A DNA stretch of 64,000 nt, from NCBI GenBank assembly GCA_964016885.1, contig OZ024741.1:179490001-179554000 (forward strand), written 5' to 3'. Under the pieces are notes generated by a model. It saw only the letters and a program-made list of their open reading frames with translations. It was not told where the DNA came from and made no database searches. This document shows positions 57,745 to 64,000 of this stretch, piece after piece; the first letter of the stretch is position 1; each line of letters starts with the position of its first letter. Both the position numbers and the translations under genes were made by a program. This stretch comes from Eledone cirrhosa (Eukaryota).

Positions 57745-58301
57745 ATATTGCAGGGCGATCAAAATAGGCGGTAGCCACGGAGTAGGCAGACCCAGAAAAA
57801 CCTGGGACGACTTGATAAATTCCGACCTCACACACTTACACCTCTCCAAGACAATGTCACTGGACCGAGATCTTTGGCGCTACGCAGTAATACAGAAGAT
57901 CCGCCTTGCCTAAGTGCAAAGCGAAACCTACAGTCAGTAGGCACCTCTTAACCAAAATACACCCCCGTCCCACTATCCCCACCCCATCCACACCACCCCT
58001 TTCAATGTAAAGTTATGTTGGTACCACAACATCCAGTCCTAAATAAATGAGGTTGTGTAGGTGTCACGACAAAAAAACACAAGTCCATGCTGTAATGTGG
58101 CCGTGTAGGTAAACTGTAAAAACCTCCCAGTCCACACTGTAAACGTAGTTGGTGTAGGAAGGGCATCCAGCCGTAGAAAACCCGCCAGACAGTCCTATAC
58201 GAGCAAGACAAGCGATCTTGCCTCAAGTGGGAAATTTGCGTCCAAACCCATGCTAGCGTGGAAGATGGACGTTAAACGATGAGGATGATGATGATGATGA
58301 T
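57745..58301 (+). mobile_element. RTE family B 3' fragment
   Basis: Closely similar to 23052-23578. (GAT)n tail. Confidence 0.85.
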
Positions 58302-58305
58302 ATAC

Positions 58306-59627
58306 ATATCTTGGTGAGACAATGACAAGAGAGGTTCTTAGAGAAGAATAAGCCACTATACTTAGCCTTTGTTGACCTAGAGAAGGCCTTTGATAGTGTA
58401 CCCCGATCAGTCATCTGGTGGTCCCTAAGGAAACTAGGTGTTGAGGAATGGCTTGTGAGGACAGTGCAAACTTTGTACAGAGGTGCTGTCAGTAAATCAG
58501 GGTAGGAATGGAGTTTAGTGAGGAATTCCAGATACAAGTAGGAGTAAATCAAGGTTCGGTCCTCAGCCCGCTCTTGTTCATTATAGTCCTCCAAGCCATA
58601 ACAGAAAAGTTTAAGACTGGCTGTCCATGGGAACTTCTCTATGCTGACGATCTGGTTCTTATAGCAGAATCAGTAGAGGAGCGAGAGAATAAATTCTGGC
58701 TATGGAAACAGCAGTTGGAAGCAAGAAGACTGAGAGTGAACCTAGCTAAGACAAAAGTGTTGATGAGTAGAAAAGAGGACAAAACTCCGATTCCGTCAGG
58801 GAAATGGCCATGTTCGATATGCAGAAAAGGAACTGGCATAAATTCTATAAAATGCACACAATGCAGATCCTGGGTACACAAGAGATGTAGTGGGATAGCA
58901 GGCAAACTAACAGGTAGGGAGAAATACGTATGCAGTAGCTGTACAGGGAAATTAGACAGTAGAAGTCACATTGATAGACATATTTTTCAAATGCAGGCGG
59001 GTGCTATAGAAGTGGTGGATAGCTTCCGGTACCTAGGAGATCAGATTAGCATGGGGGGTGGGGTTCCGAGGCCATAGTATCTAGAATAAGGACGGGTTGG
59101 AAGAAGTTTAGGGAGCTGCTTCCTTTGCTGACGAAGAAGGGTTTCTCCCTGCGTACGAAAGGCCGGTTATATGATGCCTGTATGAGGAGCGCGATGCTGC
59201 ATGGTAGTGAGCAACTGCAGAGGATATGCGATGGCTGGAGAGAGATGAGGCAAGCATGGTCCGTTGGATGTGCAATGTCAATGTGCATGAACGACCCAGC
59301 ATAAATGTGTTGAGAGAGAAACTGTGTTTGAGAAGGATAGAATGTAGTGTGCGAGAGAGGAGACTGCAGTGGTATGGACATGTGATGCGCAGAGGATGAC
59401 CGATGGGTGAAGAAGTGCCAGGAAATGCCAGTTGAAGGAAGACCTGGTAGAGGTAGACCACGAAAAACATGGGCGGAGGTGGTGAGAACAGACCTCAGAT
59501 CGCTGAAACTCACGGTGGAGATGACGAAGGACCGTGACAAGTGGAGAGATGCTGTGCTGAATAAGACCCGTCCCATCCTTGCAAGCAGGGAAAAGCGGAC
59601 GTAAAATGATGATGATGATGATGATGA
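58306..59627 (+). mobile_element. RTE-clade LINE (family A), 5'-truncated, disrupted
   Basis: AFVDLEKAFDSVPR, GVNQGSVLSPLLF, LLYADDL, Cys-rich insert, FRYLGD, GRPRKTW. (GAT)n tail. Confidence 0.92.
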
Positions 59628-60020
59628 TATATATATATATATATATATAGTTGACTGAATGTGAATTATAAATATGAAAGAATGGACCCCCAATATGTAA
59701 ACATAGAGGTATTTTATATTACTTAAAATGCATGGCAACTAAGCATACGTCTGTGTTGAAACTCAGAAAGTAATATATATATATATTACTGTTTAAGTAA
59801 TATATATATATGATGTGTGGTGTAGTGGTTAGGGTACTGACTTCATGATTGTAAAGTCATGAGTTTGATTGCCAGATGAGCAATGTGTTGTGTCCTTGAG
59901 CAAGACACTTTATTTCAGGATGCTCCAGTTCATCCAGCTCACAAAAATGAGTTGCATCTTTAATTCAATGAGCCAACCTTCTCAAACAATGGGTGAAGCT
60001 GAATCTCCCTGAGAACTACC

Positions 60021-60279
60021 TTAATCCTTTAGCATTCACATTACTCTATATTTACTATTATATTTTCATGGTAAAGGCTTTACCGCAAGGTAAAGCCTTT
60101 ACCATGAATTATCCTTTACCTTTAATTATCTCACATAATATCGAATCTATGAGATTTTGAAAGTATTTATTTTGAGAACAATACCTTAACATCAGTTTGA
60201 GTGACCAGTCAGCCAGTTTCAACAGAAAAAGGTAGAGCATTCTGACCGGTTTTGGCCGGTTTGAACATTAAAAGGTTAA
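60021..60279. mobile_element. piggyBac-like MITE (TTAA-flanked)
   Basis: TTAA-TCCTTTAGCATT ... AAAAGG-TTAA. Relatives near 19145-19332, 35769-35966 and 37560-37755. Confidence 0.6.
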
Positions 60280-60789
60280 GGGAGCATGTGTCTGTACTTG
60301 TTCATTCAATTGGCACTCAGATTGACAGAAAACACAGAAACCCAACAATAGCAATATATAACACCTTCCCCATATATATATATTGTTGTTATCTATTATT
60401 GTACATAGCATATCCACAGTTTTATATTATTCAGAATATTTCCCTTTATTATCATGAGTCTACTCTGATGGAAAGAGTTTCTGTCGCATCATTCAGTGTA
60501 TGGAAATAGATACATCTAATGATTTGGATTGTGTTGCTGTGATGCAGTTGCAAATTCGATGTATTTAATATAAATTGCTAATGTAACATAATATTTCATT
60601 GTTCTAATTGACTATATGTTTTATATGTTCTTTTACGCAAGATATTAAAATTGTTATACCTTTAACAATATCTATGTGAATTACATCTTCTTTGGTAGTT
60701 TAGCACCAGATTTACATCGAGGGGTTATTGGTTAACAAGTTAATATTTTTATATATGGATATTTACATTATATATATATATAGTATAAA

Positions 60790-60935
60790 AAAACGAAAAA
60801 TCAGTGATGCATCTGGACTCAGTTTATTGCGTGTTACAATTGTTTCGCCTGCAGGTAGCTTGAGACATGATCACTGTATGGATCTGGCTGCAGCTTCCTT
60901 CGGATACATGCAAATCGTTCGGAGCAATTTTTTTC

Positions 60936-60938
<3 letters not shown>
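60790..60938 (-). mobile_element. Probable Penelope pseudo-LTR fragment with a degenerate minimal hammerhead
   Basis: Minus strand: ttgcatgt..ccgaaggaa-gctgcag..ctgcaggc-GAAA-C-AATT-GTA-acacgcAATAAA. Confidence 0.5.
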
Positions 60939-61011
<73 letters not shown>

Positions 61012-61153
61012 ACATACATATACACACACACATATACATCAGAATGCGTGTTTAAAATAACTTGGTATTTAAAACATTCAAACATTAACTGAATGAGCAC
61101 TCAATACTGGTGAGTAAAGTGTAGAAATATATTTTCTAAGTATATATATATAT

Positions 61154-61493
61154 ATCATCATCATCGTCATTTTACGTCCGCTTTTCCCTGTCTGCAAGGG
61201 TGGGATGGGAACTGATTCTGGCTTGATTTCTACAGCTGGATGCCCTTCCTAACACCAACCTCATTTACAGTGAGTGCTGGGTGCTTTTTTGCCATGGCAC
61301 CTCCATGACCACTTTGCAGTGGAATGATAGGGACTGGGGTCCCTATCATCTCATTTCTACAGCTGAGTTAACTGGAGCAATGTGAAATAAAGTGTCTTGC
61401 TCAAGGAAACAACACATCACCCGGTCTGAGAATTGAACTCACAACCTTTCGATTGCAAGGCCAATGCTCTAACCACTAAGCCATGTGCCTCCA
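61154..61493 (-). mobile_element. tRNA-derived SINE, same subfamily as 43154
   Basis: Near-identical to 43154-43498. Confidence 0.85.
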
Positions 61494-61592
61494 TGGCTCC
61501 ACACACACACACACACACACACATACACACACATATATATATATACACACACAAATATATATATATATATACACACAAATATATATTTACAC

Positions 61593-61674
<82 letters not shown>

Positions 61675-61697
61675 ATATATATACATGCATACATACA

Positions 61698-62270
61698 TAT
61701 ATATTTAAAATTCTTCTGTCTGTCTGTTGCTTTGCATTCTCAAATGGCTCGACCAAATCAAATCAAATGTTATAAGTATTAGACCCTGGGAGTGTCACCA
61801 TGTCATTTTTATTTTCATTTGGATTAAAATAATGTAACATTTTATCTAAAATAGTATTTCTATAGTCAACTATAGTAAACCCTCACCACCACAACGGTGA
61901 CGTCACATTTTGTATATGAGTGTGTGTATGTGTTTGTGAGTTTGTTAGGTCTCAGAGAATTAAACACACAGACACATCTACACATACATATAGCCTTAGT
62001 AAGTCGCATACACATTATCTTCACACATATCTACACAGGCATATATATATGTGCTGATTGACAATAGGTATGCATGTCTGTGTGTGTGTCTGCCTTAGTA
62101 TATGTATATGAATGTATGTGAGAGTGTATGTGTGTGTGAGTGTATTTGTGATAATTATTTTTTATAAAATATATATATCTTGAGATAATTATGAGAAAAA
62201 AAACATATCTTCATATTTATTGTTTACTAAGAACAGCAATAACTCAGGCAACGCCGGGTAATTCAGCTAG
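61698..62270 (+). mobile_element. Non-autonomous Helitron-like element
   Basis: 5' tatatttaaaattcttctgtctgtctg and 3' ctcaggcaacgccgggtaattcagCTAG-T. Confidence 0.6.
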
Positions 62271-62280
62271 TATATATATA

Positions 62281-64000
62281 TCATCATCATCATCATCATC
62301 ATCATCTTCGTTTAACGTCCATTTTCCATGCTAGCATGGGTTAGACGGGAGTTGTCCCACTTGAGGCAAGGTTGGTTGGGTGACCGTGTCTCGCTCATAT
62401 AGGACTATCTGGCAGGTTTTCTACAGCTGGATGCCCTTCCTAACACCAACCACATTTACAGTGTGGAACTGGGAACTTTTTACGGTGTTACCTACACGGC
62501 CACATTACAGCGTGGACTATGTGTTTTTTTCTCGTGACACCTACACGATCTCGATCTCATTTATCTCATTTATTTGGACTGGATGTTGTGGTACCAACTT
62601 TATAGAGAGAGGGTGGTGTTGGTGGGAGTGGGAGGATAGGGTAGGGGTAGTGGATTGGGGTGTATATTTGGTTAAGAGGGGCCTACTGACTGAAGGTTTC
62701 GCTTTGTACATAGGCAAGGCGGGTCTTCTGTATTACTACGTAGCGCCAAAGATCTTGGTCCAGTGACATTGTCTTAGAGAGGTGCAAATGTGTAAGGTTG
62801 GAATTTATCAGATCATCCCAGGTTTTTCTGGGTTTACCTACTCCGTAACTACCATCAATTTTGATTGCCTGCACTTTTTTATACAGCTGTTGTCTTTCAT
62901 GCGCATCACGTGGCCATACCAACGTAGTATTCTCTCGAGTAAACAGCATCTGATCCCTCTTATTCCTAATTTCTCACTTAGTTCATTTATGCTTTGCTGT
63001 TCACGTATATTATTATTACACATCCAACGGAGCATGCATGCTTCGTTCCTTTCCAGTCTACGCAGGTCCTCTGCACACAATGCCCATGTCTCACTGCCAT
63101 GTAGCATTGCTGTTCGTATACAAGCATCATACAATCTGCCTTTCATTTTTAGAGAGAAACCTTTTGTGGCCAACAGCGGTATAAGCTCTCTGAACTTTTT
63201 CCATCCCGTTCTGACTCTGGCTATTATACTTTCAGAACACCCTCCACCACTGCTGATTTCATTACCCAGGTAACGGAAAGTGTCTACTATTTCTATAGAA
63301 CCATCTGGGCAATAGAAGGGGCTAGTATCCTGTGGACACTTGCTACCTATTGCACCTGAGCATCGGCCACATATAAAGTCTACGTTCTTAGATAGTTTAC
63401 CTGTGATCCCCCATACTTTGTATTTGGGACATAAAATGGAATTTCTGCCTACTCCTTTCCTACACACTGAGCAAGGCCATTTCCCTGAGGGTACCTGTGC
63501 CTTATTTTCCTTTCTACAAACTAGGACTTTAGTCTTAGACAAGTTAACTTTAAGGCCTTTTGATTCTAGGCCATGCTTCCATGTTTGGAATTTCTTTTCT
63601 AGTTCAGCCATTGATTCAACTATGAGCGTTAGATCATCTGCGTATAGGATTTCCCATGGGCAGCCGGTCTTGAACTCCTCTGTTATAGCCTGAAGGGCAA
63701 TAATAAATAGGAGGGGGCTAAGGACAGAGCCTTGGTGAACACCAACTTTTACACTAAATTCTTCACAATATTCATTGTTAATTCTAACCTTACTGACTGT
63801 TTCATTATACATAGCTTGTATAGCTCTCACAAGCCATTCATCTACACCTAGTTTTCTAAGAGCCCACCAGATAATGGAGCGGGGGACTCTGTGAAAGGCT
63901 TTTTCCAGGTCTACAAAAGCTAAGTAGAGGGGTTTACTTTTAGCTAGGTACTTCTCTTGTAGTTGTCGTACAAGGAAAAGAGCGTCTGTGGTACTTTTAC
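62281..64000 (-). mobile_element. RTE-clade LINE (family B, long 3' UTR), runs off the window end
   Basis: GVHQGSVLSPLLF, ILYADDL, FRYLG, MLHGSETW, GKPRKTW. A 3' UTR of roughly 400 nt ends in (GAT)n. Confidence 0.92.

Overview
AT-rich, microsatellite-dense animal DNA. The repeat families and composition suggest an octopod cephalopod, but that is inference. One host gene is clear: a minus-strand multi-exon C2H2 zinc-finger transcription factor with exons at 16958-16386, 15441-15084 and 13841-12552, and a probable ATG exon at 28078-28041. It has six N-terminal/central fingers and an Ikaros/Hunchback-type C-terminal finger pair. Candidate 5' UTR exons and a promoter-like island with an RFX X-box lie near 35.6-38.7 kb. 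The rest is transposon-derived: RTE, CR1-like and Dong/R4 LINEs, tRNA-derived SINEs, a maT transposase pseudogene, Helitrons, and hAT, piggyBac-like and Tigger-like MITEs. The most interesting structure is a Naiad-type Penelope-like element at 52237-54975, arranged as a long inverted repeat. Each arm carries a complete hammerhead ribozyme with a variant U3-A8 core, and several small half-hammerhead relatives sit in (TA)n tracts across the window. Nearly all Ile/Tyr-rich ORFs in the track are microsatellite artefacts. All calls were made by eye, so boundaries of degraded repeats are approximate.
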